From Octopus bimaculoides (taxonomy: Eukaryota), in assembly GCF_001194135.2 (NCBI RefSeq), contig NC_068982.1:27754769-27818768 (forward strand): a DNA stretch of 64,000 bases, given 5' to 3'. A program made the position numbers and the translations under genes. The notes beneath the pieces were generated by a model, which saw only the letters and a list, made by a program, of their open reading frames with translations, did no database searches and was not told the origin of the DNA. Below, piece after piece: positions 13,101-26,685 of this stretch. Position 1 is the stretch's first letter, and every line of letters begins with the position of its first letter.

Positions 13101-16100
13101 TGTTCTGGCAGATTCAAATGCAGACATATAGTTGTTGCTGTTGTGTACATCACAGGAGAACAACTTTTACCTTTTACAACATATTCATAACACATTTGGC
13201 TCATTGGTACAAGGTATTCTGGGACAACAATGTTTCTACATGTGTCTCACCAGCCAGAAGTACCCAGACCTTTAAGCCTAAACAAGCCACTGGTTTGGTT
13301 TATAATTTCAGAAAACAAAACTGTTCGCCAATTAGTGCTTACATCTGCCAACCTGGTATGGTATGACACCCACATCAGTGATAGGTCATAAAAGTCAGAC
13401 TATGTCACATCTTCCACTTGGAGACTAGTGTGGCACATTGGGCAAGTGCTAGCAACCCCTTAGCCTCTCATACCAGGGATATAGTAAAGACAGTATCAGC
13501 AGGATGTTGGATAACCGACAAGATAGAGGAGTCCTAGACCAACAGCTTGAAGATTATTACAGCCAAACAGAAGATCTGCATCATGAGACAATGGTTGGAT
13601 GTCAACTAGCAAGCAAGTTGCTGCTGCGGGCAGCAGTATCATCAACAATGCTTGTTGCACTCTTGTACACTACTTGGTACCTGGTCTGGAAGCTCAGAGA
13701 GGCAGTCCAGTCTGATGGGAGTAATGATGTCAACTGCCTTACCATCCAAGGCATTTTGTTTCTGAACAGAACAGTCAACATCAACTTACAATGGACAGTC
13801 AATGATGATATCTGCCAACCAATAAAAAAAATTGTTATTTGCACCATGTACAGCAAGATTTGAAATGATTTGCATATTTATTCTTAATGCATTCTGGCAG
13901 ATTCAAATCCAAAATATGCTAGTTGCTGTTGGGTACATGAAAATAATGATATTTAAAAAAATAAAGCAATTATAAACATTTAGTAATGTTTTAGTTTAAA
14001 AAAAATATATCTTGACAACAAACTATTATATTGAAGTATCCTCCTTACTTGTTCATCTGTTGATGGTACTTCCAAAATCTGCGAAAGAGTTTCTCCAGAT
14101 TGGCAGGCTATTACATCAACTATCATTTTCTTTGTTCTAAAAAAAAAATAAAAGTTAATAAAAAAAAAATTTGAGTCAGTTCTTAACCTTAAATTATAGA
14201 AGCACTTCAATGACCATAGATTTAATCTTAAAAAAAAAAAGAAAAAGAAGACAAACAAACAAACAAATCTATTGAAAATTTATGTGAATTCTGAACCCCC
14301 CCACCCAAACAATCCTGTCTCCATCTTTACTTTTGTGTTTTTAAAAAGTTCTTGTATGGCTTTCATCACAAAATAGATTGATAAGAATAGAAATTGTGTT
14401 GTAGTCACTGAAAGTATAAGACTATTTTGAAGATATTCTTTAAAAAAATTCACTAATGATTATTATTCATTATTTGGAAGCTGACAGTACATTTGCATGT
14501 TAGTTTAGTAAAAAGAGAAATAAATGTATTTAGCTAGGTAGACTGAAGTATGTTGAGTGATGTGTTTGTATATGAAGGGATTGTAGCTGTGTTTTTTTAA
14601 CTAATGATCATGTGGTTAGTAGTCAAATAGTTTTATCTCTCAGATATCTATATAAATGAAAAAGATACAAAATGAAAAATACAAAATTACCTGATCATCA
14701 TTCCTTTAATGTCAGACATATCGTCATCAGGGACCTCGAATTTATTCATTAAAGTGAGAGTAATTTCAGTTTTAGCCAACTGAGCTCGTACACTCTCATC
14801 TAGGCCATCTTCTCCCCCTGCATTGATCTCGGCACCTAAAAATTGAAATAAAATTTCATTCCAACACTGATATTGGAGGCTACATATTTTCTTCTTAAAA
14901 ACTCAAAATGGCATTTTAACTCAAGCAATAAATATGGATAAAATTTTATTCAAATTGTTAGTGAAACTGTTTTTTTGTACATGAACATCTTAATATCAGA
15001 TAGTTAACTTTGTAATGAAAAGAAATAACTTAGAGAAATAAACTTTGGCATGTACAGTAATATACTTTTTCAAAATGAAAAAGGTAATTAATATTTTTTC
15101 AATATAATAAGCTTCACAGAAAAATTCCAGTATTAAATTTTGTTGTTTAACTATTTGGATACTGAAGTTTTAAGAATATGAATCCACTGTTAATGTTATT
15201 AAATTATTATTATAAGGGATGAATCTGAGCTCATAACTTCTTAAATATCTAAACATTTACTGAGAGGATAATTTAAACGCCTGCTTTTAACTTTTAATAT
15301 TTGCATTTATTATTTTCCTTACAGAAAATGATTTTCAATTCCAAATGACTGAAAAAAAAAAAAAGAACAAAAAACACACTTTGGAGAAAATTGATTTTTT
15401 GCAATTACAACATAAAAGAGTCAGTTTAGCCATTTAAAAATACAAGAATCTGCTATTTCCACTTTTCTTAAGTTACCAAAATCTTTCATCATACTGTTAT
15501 GATCCAGTAACAGACACAGTTCCACTGAGTTGCAGTAGAACTATTACAATGGTCAGGTTGCAGCTGTGTGACACCTCACAAAATAAATTAACAGTTAATT
15601 TAACAGATTCCATGAGTTTTTAAATGGCTAAAATGGTTCTTTTATGATGTAATTGCTTCAGTTTTATACTTGGTCTCAGAGCATGTCATTTGTTAGAGAA
15701 GCACAATTTCAAAATAATCTTTCCGAAAAAAAAAAGCATATTCTTACCTAATAAAGCATCAACCGTGGGGCACTCCCCAAGATCTTCCAGCAGTTCATTT
15801 AGTGGATCATTATGATCTGGTGAAATGGTATCTTGATGTTTCAGTAAAAGCTGCAAACAAAATAAAAGATTATTTATTTACTAAATTATCTGTATTTCAG
15901 AGGATTTTTTTTTTCTTTTCCTCTTAAGAAATTTCCTCCAAATTAATAAATGACACGAATGCATGAAAACTATGTGGAAGCCTGTTGTGTGTACATCTAT
16001 CTATCTACTTACCTGTGTGTCTGTCTATGAGTGTGTGTGTGTATGTGTGTTCTTCTCCCATTTATTTCACTAAACCCTTCAAGGTGGTGCTCAAGCATGG

Positions 16101-19100
16101 CTGCTGTCTAATGACTGATTGAAGTGAAAAGTATCAAATTATTCTGTTTATACATTATATAATTTTCTATGAAACACTTTCCAAATAGAAAAGTCAAACA
16201 CTGACTGACTGACTAGATATTCTAACAATAAATAACTACATTATAAATATTAATCTTCATTATTGTATTCTAACATAGAATGTAAAAATTATTTAAATTA
16301 AGATCACAACATACTAACAACTGACTTTAAAAACAAACAAACACACCAACAGAATAATAATGCAATTTGGTTTTTACATGAAATATTTAGTGATACAGTA
16401 AATACTAACTTGGTGAGTATCACAGATTTCTTGAACAGACATGTAGATTACTGGTTTTGACACCATAGTGGCATCCGTATATTGGTCGATGTTAAACTTA
16501 TTTTCTAAGTCTTCAACTTCACAAGCCATTTGGAAAAAGTTTCTGAAATAGCATTTAAAAAAAAAAATCATTATAATCAAGTAATTTCTCTATAACATTA
16601 GAACGCTCTATTAAACTTAAACTTAGCATTAAGATTGCTCTATCATATATAATGCTTATTTATTCATATTGTTTAATTTTTAGGATGACATTGGAAGGTA
16701 GGAGTGAGAAGCCAGATCTAGCTAGTTTGAACATAAAACACAGGTAGAATATTTGGGTCAGATATGGCTGGTTTAAATGCTAAAGGGTTAGATCAATGTT
16801 TAATTATGGATGACAATGTCTTTTGACTTTGATAAGAGCAATTAGTATCAGTAAACTACAATAAGTGGTCTGATTAAAAGAATTGTAAAAATAAATCATT
16901 TTGCTATTGGCAAAATGACTGCCCCTTCCACCAAGACAGCAATAAGAACAAATAAATATTTTACATTTGCAAGTTGTATAAACAAACTGGTATTTAATGA
17001 CCAAGAGGTAAATCTTGAAAGCTTTTTACACAAAATTTTTTCATTAAAAAGCAGAAAAGCTAAAATGAAAATACTTACTTGAATTTTTTATGAGCTTCTC
17101 TGATGTAATCGTTCATACAAGAAAGATGGCTACTGTCACCAGCAAACTATAAAGGTTCAATTTAAAAAAATAAAATAAAAAAGGATATGTTTATATTCAA
17201 GTCAGATGACAAAAGTTTTTCAACACATAAGCTGGTAAATAACAGAGTTTCTGGAACCATTCCAAAATTAAAGTGAATGCAAACCTCACCAGCTTAATTA
17301 ACAAAACTGAACAATTTTTGTTTTTGAAATTAATATCAAGAATATTATTCCTAAAATATAAGACATGGCTATGTAGTTAAGAAATTTGCTTTGGTTTACT
17401 AAAATTTGATATTGATCATTTACAAATTAAAGAAGTTAATATAAATTTTTAAGATATAAAGAACTAGTAAGATGATCTCACCCCCTTGTTAGATGCAGCA
17501 AATTGAAGAATCTTAGCAATTGACCCAAGATTCCTCCGCTGGTCAGCACTAAGAGCTTTGTTGGCGCTGACATCGATAATATCAAAAGCATCTGGAGCCA
17601 CAATGGCAGAATTTATGTAGCGGTAATAGATAAGGTTACCAACAATCTGCAAAAGAAAAACAAAACCATTCTATAGTAAAATACTAATTAAGTACCAGTA
17701 TAATATGGTTTTCACTGAATATAAAAAAAAAACAACAAAAAATGGAGAATAGAATACAATAGATTAATAAAATATTTTAACAATCGTAAATCATTTCTTT
17801 ATAATGGCAAATAGTATATACCCAGATAATATTATAATGAAATATATATTTTAGATAAACGGAATTTATCAAATAAAAAATGTAAGATCCTGGGAAATTG
17901 CACAAACTAAACAAACATTAATATACAAATGCAATAAATATTTCTTGAAAAAAAAAAAAAATTCAAGATTAGATAACTCTGGATAAAGATATATATATAT
18001 ACAAGAAAATCCATGGAGAAATTCAGATAGTTATTAAATGATAGTAGTTGAGATGTATAATATATACATTTCATATTAAGTCTCCTTGCTAATAGTCATC
18101 TTTGTTACTATCTAACACTCTACCTTTCTCTTCCCTACTCTCTCTCTCACACACACACATTATGTTGTCTGATTAACAAGAGATGTAACACATTTGCAGC
18201 ATTCATTTTCAATCACCTCCTTATCACTGCATGTCATTATTGCTAACCATCTCTCTCTCTAATTTTTCTCTCACACATTACTGACATTCATCAAGCAATC
18301 AGTCTCTTCTATTAGTCTTTTTCTCATCATGTCACTTCACTAAATTCTGAAGTCCAAGATGCAGTTGTTGCATAACTTCAAGAAGCTAAGATATTTTATA
18401 TTTACATTTAAAGCTCCCTCATTCTTACTGTTTTTATTTTATTTTATTTCCTTAACAGCATCCAAAATGTATAATCTTTTTCTCTTTCCTACCACACTCT
18501 CACTTACGTTGCTTCTATTCAATCTCCTTACCAACAATTGCTATCTAGCTCTCTCACTCACTCACTCTCCCTATCCACTTGTGTTAGAAAGGAATGAATA
18601 AAAGGAGACAATGTAAAGTAGAGAGGAATCGTTAGTTGTAACAGGGAGAAGACAACTCTCCTACTGGTACAAAGATAGAATGCACCTAGTATACTCATTA
18701 AAGTGGTTGGCAATAAGAGCATCCAGCAGTAGAAACCATACTAAAAATATAATATATGAATGAGATGTAGTCCCTGACCTGTCTCAGAACTGACTTAAAT
18801 CATCATGACCAGTCCAACCAATGCCATCATAGAAAAGCAAATCTAATAGGATAATGATAAAATAGGTTGGGATATATATAACATTTTTTTCTTCCTATCA
18901 ATTTTGTTACAGATTTTAAACAAGGAAAAATAAGAAATACCAAATAAAAAAGTTTAAAAATTATTGAAACCAAAATATATTTCAATTGAGATAGACCGGC
19001 AAAACAGAACTAGTATGATACTTGATTGAAGTAAGCATAAAATATGTATTCATTGGAGCTAAAAACCTGATAGCTAAAACATTTTTTAACATTCATTTTT

Positions 19101-22100
19101 GTAGTTAATGAATGTGCATTTTTTTTTTGTAAGTGATAAGATTTGAAAGTCTTATTGACATTAGTTTAAACATGCACAAATTTAAATTAGCTGAAAATAC
19201 AAGGAAAATCACATTCTAATGTATAAAAAATAAGAAAGCATCACCAAATACCATGCACAACATAAGTAGCTGTCTAAAATCAACAGGTTCAGAATTCATT
19301 ATTTATGAAGAGGAACAAAAAGGAAATTAAAAAAGTAACTAAGATCAATCAGTATCTAATGGGATATAAATAGAAATGAAAATACAAAAATGCATAATAC
19401 ACAAAACAAAATTATGTAATGTTAAGATGAAAAACATTTTGTGAAGATCCTAGATTATTTTCCTTTTAGAAAAAGAAAGAGAATTTTATAATTGAAGGAT
19501 GTGACAGTCACTACAAGTCTGCAATAATAGCAAACAACAAAGAAGAGGTAACCACTTAGTTTAGTTCTTAAAATGTCAGTTCTTATTGTGGTTAAGATTA
19601 GTCTTCTGTCTCAGAAAAAATGAAATCCTGATAAAAAACTGAATATGTCAGAAAAATATCAGGTGCCTGGCTGTTGGCATGGGCAATTAATATGAATTAG
19701 ATTATTAAGATAAAATGCAACAAAGCAAACTCTTTTCTTGGATTGTTGAAGTGCCTGTTGGCTTTAAATGAGCAACTCATTGTTGATGTCACCCACATAT
19801 CAATATCAAAATAACTGGCCTAATTATCACAAGCCAGACATAACATATTGATTTGTTCCTTGTTCAATATATCAAACCTTACATAAAAAGAAATATGATG
19901 AAGTTTGATGAAAAAGAGATAAGATGAAAAGAATGCTGGATGAGCAAAATAAACAGAAGCACAATATTAAAACCACAGCAAACTGCACAAACTACAGCAA
20001 TGCATTTTGAATCAAGAAAAAGGCCAGCACTAAATATTTTAATTGAACTGTTGAATAACAACATTTCCCTTAAAAAAATATCAACTATCTACAATTATAG
20101 ACCCAGAAACAGCAATTCATGCTTAGTTTAAATCCCTAATTTATGAAAATTGGAAGTTTATCAAAGTATAACTAAAGTGTAATAGTTGCAATAACTTAAA
20201 TCGTTAATGAAAAGTATAATCAATAATAATACTTACAACTGGGAAAAGATAGAAAAAGAATTTCATCAGTAACATTATTGACCTGATGATAGATTTTCTG
20301 AAATCAAGCTGAATTATTGATTTCTGAAAAATTTCTAAACTTAATTTGTAACATGTCAAATATTTTGTTCATTTCAATGCCTAATCAGGTTTTGAAATTA
20401 GCATATGTTTTGTTTAAGAGAAGACATTGTAAAGAATAAATTAAAGAAAATATTTCTATTTTTAAAGTATCAATAGACCGTTATTTTTTGGTCAGATTTA
20501 AAAAGCTTAGGGTTTTCAGTGTGTTAAAATTTCCATCTTCAAATTTCAACCAAAGCCTTAATATGAAAAATAAAAGCATAGTTCTAAACATTGAACTGTA
20601 TCTAAAATTATTTCTTTATTTAAAATAAAGAAAATTTAACTAGTTATATTCAAGTATTTTCAATTTGCATTAAGTAACTGAAAATTATTTAAACCAGAGA
20701 ACTGGTATCATGGAATTTATGCAAGAAGAAAAATTTAATATCCTTTTATATTAATCTACTCCCTTCACTAAATGACAATTTGGAAATTAACATTAAAAGG
20801 ATCCTTTAACTTCATTTTGTAAAGACTTCTTATATCTGCAATGTTACAACTGTTTCCTGTATTGGAAGACTAAACCAATCCCAGACTTTTAATGGTCAAC
20901 AAGATTTTATGTTTTCTGTCAAAGCCCTTGCAGAAATCCTATTAGGATCGAGACACACACTTGCATATAGGAATGACAAACACTACCTGCTAAATGTCCA
21001 ACCACCACAGTTCACTTCCTGACACTGGAATAAACAATGTCAACATTAATTTGGTGACATTAATTGAATACTAATAAATTCAATCAATGTATATCTGAAG
21101 AGAGCTAGGAAAAAAAAAAAAGGCTAAATTATACAATATACATACTTTGAGGACATCTTTTTCAGGAGCAAGAGGAAACTTTTTCCATAAAGCAGCTTTC
21201 AGGACTTTGGCCATGTAACGCATTCCATACCTAACAGTAAGAACAATCATCAAATAATTGAGATATTTGGAGCAAGTTTTTTTTTTTATAGAAACATTCA
21301 AATATTAAAATTTTGACTGAAATATCTAAACTTTAGTCACTTATTTTTATGTTCAGTTTGCTGAGATTCTGCAAGAATGAAACAGAAAAACATGAATGCA
21401 AGGCCAGTTTTAAATATAAAAGAAACCTTTAAAAATGATGTGGTGGTGCCTTTCTAAAAGTCTAAATCAATTCAAACTGAGAATTGAAATTGGTTATGAA
21501 CCTGGTTCAGAGTACTTACTATAACAATAAAAGATTTTAATTTGCATAAAGAGAATACAACAAAAGTGGCTTGGGTGATATGTTTCAATTTGACCAGACT
21601 AAATAACTAAGTGAATATTGTTAAGAAAATGTGTTTTTGTGTGTGTGTAATTTCAAGATTTCTAGCCTCTAGTTAGCCCCACTTAAGCAATAGATAGCCC
21701 ATAGATATTTGAATGTCTAGCTGTGGCTCACAGATCCAACACTTTGAATTTACTTGTCTAATTAGGTCCAATTGCACACTCCAGCATGTTACAAATAATT
21801 TTGTTTATATGTGCAATATAGCTGGCTTAGTATGTTGCAGTTCTTTTCTTGTCCAGTTCATTCTTATGTGTTTGTGAATCCTATGAGTGATCACATGGTA
21901 CACATGTGTACTCCACCAAAGAATGGCATTTCTATTCAGCACATGCCTTCACGTGGTTTGCCTTGCAGCATAGGAGTATTAATATTTGGTAATAACAAAG
22001 CAGCTGAGGTAGTAGCAACTTAAGTGGATGTTTTGTTTTATTTTCAGTGCTGAACTGATTTGCAAAGTGATTTGATCAGAGATTTGTATTGAAATGAAGT

Positions 22101-25100
22101 AATTGCATTGCCATAGAATTTTTGCTTTGCTTTCATGTTATATATTAAATATTGAAGTTTCATATTAGCCATAAAATACTTTTCTGTAATAAAACAAATT
22201 ACTTCATAAAAGTTTTATTTATGCAATACAGAATATTTTAAAGGTTATGGGAATAACTAAGGCAACAGAACCTTCTAGTATTTAGTTTTGGTTCCAACTG
22301 TTTCCAAGCTGATAATTTTTCTGTATGTCGAACTCGCATAAACTACAATGTCTAAGCTGTAATATTTTGGGAATAACATATATTGACCCTTCTCACTTTC
22401 ACAAAATTTGTGCTTTGTTAAAACAATCATGGAATGATTTTAAAAATGTAAGCGTTGCAAGAAAAAAATATTTTTTGTTTCTTTATTTTTATTGTTAAAG
22501 AATCTTGAATATTCAAGAAAATTGGTAACTTACGGAATTTTGTCCAAAGATTGGGTAATTGTTATCAAGAACTTGTCTGTGGCTTTTTGTAACTTTACTA
22601 TCGATTCTTGAATAAGACTTTTCACTTCTGAATGTTTCATAGCTTGCTCAGAAGTCACATTATAAGCCAAACCACTGAAAAACAACCATGAAACTCATTA
22701 ACTCTTTTGTTACTGTATTTATTTTGAGATGCTCTGAGTTTCTTTCAATTACTTTAAATATAACAAAAAATTTAGTAAAATAACTTAGTTATCATTCAGC
22801 TAATGTTAGGAACATAAATTGCGACTAAGGTCTGGTGGAAGATTTTAATTCAAAACTTATGAAAACAAGACATCTGTACTCAGGGCCAGAGGCCAGTTTC
22901 AACCTGGTTGGTAACAAAACATGTCCAGAAAGAAATAATCAAATAAACAGTTTAAAATATGACACTGACAAAAAAAAAAAAGCCAAAAAAAAGCCAAGTA
23001 TGTAATAAGAAAATATATAAAAAGGATCTCTGACAAATAAGAATGTCTATGTGATTTATAATAACCATACTTATTCATAATCTCAATGGATACAAGAAAA
23101 CTTCTGATGGCTCACTTTTCAGTGGTTGAGAAGTTTGCTTCCCAACTACATGGGTTTGAGTTCAGTCCCACAACATGGCACCATGGGCAAGTTTCTTCTA
23201 TGATAGCCCCAGGCCAACCAAGTCCTTGTGAAGGGACTTGATAGATGGAAACATCTTGAGAGAGTGTGTGTGTTGTCTTGACATTAAATGACAGCTGTAT
23301 ATGAGTATCACCATCATACAAGCAGTGATGTTCATTTCCAATCTTCTGTGACATGTCCAGCAATGAGGAAATATTATTTTGCTTGGAAACAGGTGAATGT
23401 TGGTGACATGAACAGGATCTTGCCATATGATCCATGCAAGCATGGAAGAGTGGACATTAACACAATGATGAAGACAGTGTTTATTAATTTCCTTTCACTT
23501 TAAACTTTTTTGTTAGAACATAAAAAAAAAGTTCTTTAAAATGTCTTTATCTGTGGAGATGTTTGGTGTGATTGTTTCTGCTGTATAAAAACCAAGGGCT
23601 AAACTGAAACTTTAAACTGAAGCAATAAACAATTTCAGATGGACATCATTTTATGTCTTATTTTTATCTATGCTGGCATGGGTTGATATTCAACATGTCC
23701 AAACCATGCAAGCATGGAAAGCAGATGTTAAATGATGATGATGATCCATATCAGCTGACACAAGCAACAATAATGGCAACAGGTCAACTTTGTTGTTGTG
23801 TAAGTCTGACAGTTTGAAGAGGAAGCATTTTATTATGCACTCAGCACCAAAGAGGTTGTCTCAAGTGGGAGGACTGAAGAGTCTCTTGTAGCCTGTATCA
23901 GTTTATTTTTCAGAGTAATTGCTCTCCTAGACAGATAACTTATAATGGTGGATTGCAGAGACTATATCTCATGCATATATTTTACTCCATGGTTTGGGTG
24001 GGTTTCAGTAAGTTGGCACCCACTATGGTCCATTTTGCTAGTAATGTCCACTACAATGGCTTTACTACATTACTGTATATTATTTCTTTCATTTCATTCT
24101 GTACAATAAGAATATATCAGTCAATATAAATGAACTACTTCACTGTTACATTGTCTAGAGATATGTCTAGAAACTACTGAAAAGTTTTCAAAAAAATCAA
24201 AGGAAATACACAATATGTATTAAAATTTTACTAAAAATTATTATTTTGAGAAACAATGGCTATGGAAAGAAATGACTAAAAGCAAAAATGTTCTCAATAC
24301 CTGGCCTGTCCAGTTTGGGATTCTGTCTGGTTTATCCAACTCTTGTATACTTCTACAGGATTTGTGTTTATTAAAAATTCTTTGTCATCCAAAACCTCTT
24401 TGATCAATGGATGTAAAAGTTCTCGTAAAGCACTTTGTCCCCTTGGATTTCTGTAGTTTAAGATGAATTTTATTAATTATTCATACTTTATTTTGTTTTT
24501 ATGTCTGTAATCACATAATTAATTGACTAATGATATATGTAACTGTTTGATTAACAGGATGATTAGTATTAGCATTTTAAAAACCAAAATTCTAGTGCAA
24601 GAAACAGACTATATCTACATATATGAATTCAATCCAATCTGTACAAAATAGATGCGATTTCTAATTACAGATATATATATAATACTTTAGTCCCACATAA
24701 GCAAGTCACATTATTTGACTAGTTGAAAAATGTCTATTCAGATTTATATTATCATACTTTGCTTTGACAATATGACTATGGGGAGATGTAAGCTTTTGAA
24801 AATATAGATACAGTTTTCTTAAAACTTTAACTTCCAAAAGTTATATCTAGTGAAAGATCTATCATGCTCTGTTATATAACACTTGTCATTATAATGGCTT
24901 TATTTTTTATGCACACAGTAAGAAGGTAGGAAAATGCATTTGGCAGATGATACATTTATAATGTTAGGACAACTACAGCAAAAATTTCTGATAGTTTTTT
25001 TTTTTCTGATCTTTTATTCTTCAAATTATTGCAAAATATACAAAAGGAGCAGAAACATTAAGAATATCTTTTGCATTAAAACTGCATAAATTTTATAAAT

Positions 25101-26152
25101 GTGTCACTAAAATTTCGAAATATCAAACTGTCATTAATGATACAAGATATGATGCAACTTCTTATCCTTAGAGTCACTGAAACAGTTTAGGTATAGCATG
25201 ACTTTTATTATTTTCTAAGTAAATTAATGCCCCTTTGGAAAGTAGTATTACTGGTGCATATAAAACTGGAGATATGTCTTTTTTTTTTTTTTTGTCTTTC
25301 TACTCTAGAAAGTTATGAAAAGCAATTGGTAAATTTTGGTCAAAGGCTCTAACAATTGATACACAAATCACAACTAGTTAAGTGAATTAAATTGAGAAAT
25401 TAATCAGTCAATTACCTGTTGAAGCCAACAATCATCTTAATAATCATGGGATTCCCTGTTACAATGTCTGACATCTTGTCAACTTTAGAGCTAAAAAAAA
25501 AAAAAAAAAATCAAAAATATATTTTACAAAGTAATAGCTGATTATCAGTTGGTTTTCTAACATGGTGACTTCACCTTTTACAAAAAAAACAAAACATTTA
25601 TTTAAAACAAAATTATTATTAGTGTATAGCAAGTCAGTGAAAATACTGAGAATGTCAAGTTATGTCAAATTTAAAAAAGACCCACTTTAATTTTAAAAAA
25701 GTTAAAACAGAAATTAAAAAAAATATTATCAAACAAGAAAATTACAAACAAAAATAAAACTACCAGTTGTACTCTATGCTGAAAGATTCATTTTACACAA
25801 GTAGAAACAGAAAGTCATAAATAAACAATCAGAAATACTTTGTTTCATGAATTTTAATATGCAACACCATTTGCTATCAATAATTAACCAAAAATTTATT
25901 AATGATTACTGATAATGACATTAGCTATCATTTTGGTGTTTATTAGCATTTCCTAGGACTTTTAAGTTAGATTGTGGTTTAGGAAAAGATGCATAAGCTA
26001 CATCAAGGCATAGACACAGACACATATTTACAAATAACTCTTAAACAACAGTCAAATTCATATGAATAATATAACTTTCAGAATCAACATACAGTAATTA
26101 TTTTCTCTTGTTTAACATACAAATTAAGATTCTAATTAAAGTTAAGAATTGG

Positions 26153-26197
<45 letters not shown>

Positions 26198-26647
26198 NNN
26201 NNNNNNNNNNNNNNNNNNNNNNNNNNNNNNNNNNNNNNNNNNNNNNNNNNNNNNNNNNNNNNNNNNNNNNNNNNNNNNNNNNNNNNNNNNNNNNNNNNNN
26301 NNNNNNNNNNNNNNNNNNNNNNNNNNNNNNNNNNNNNNNNNNNNNNNNNNNNNNNNNNNNNNNNNNNNNNNNNNNNNNNNNNNNNNNNNNNNNNNNNNNN
26401 NNNNNNNNNNNNNNAAAAACCCAAAAAATTGTCTTCTGGTAGCTTTCATTCTCTTTGTTATAATTTTGATATCTTTTCGAATGAGCAATCATCAGATTTT
26501 ATGTATTCTTAACAAAACACTGTCTTTTGTGTCAATATTAATAAGCCTGGAAAATTTCAAGTACATTGTTGTATTTACAGCAAATATAATGAAATTAAAG
26601 CTTTGTAAACTTTTCAAACAATCTATAACAAAAATCTGAAATGTTTG

Positions 26648-26685
<38 letters not shown>

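Noticed and set aside
25764-25778. 15-nt in-frame candidate microexon
   Set aside because: The donor GTAGTT and short pyrimidine tract are too weak to distinguish from chance.
26098-26512. Several ORFs in the six-frame track
   Set aside because: Made of (TA)n repeats and N gap; not real coding sequence.
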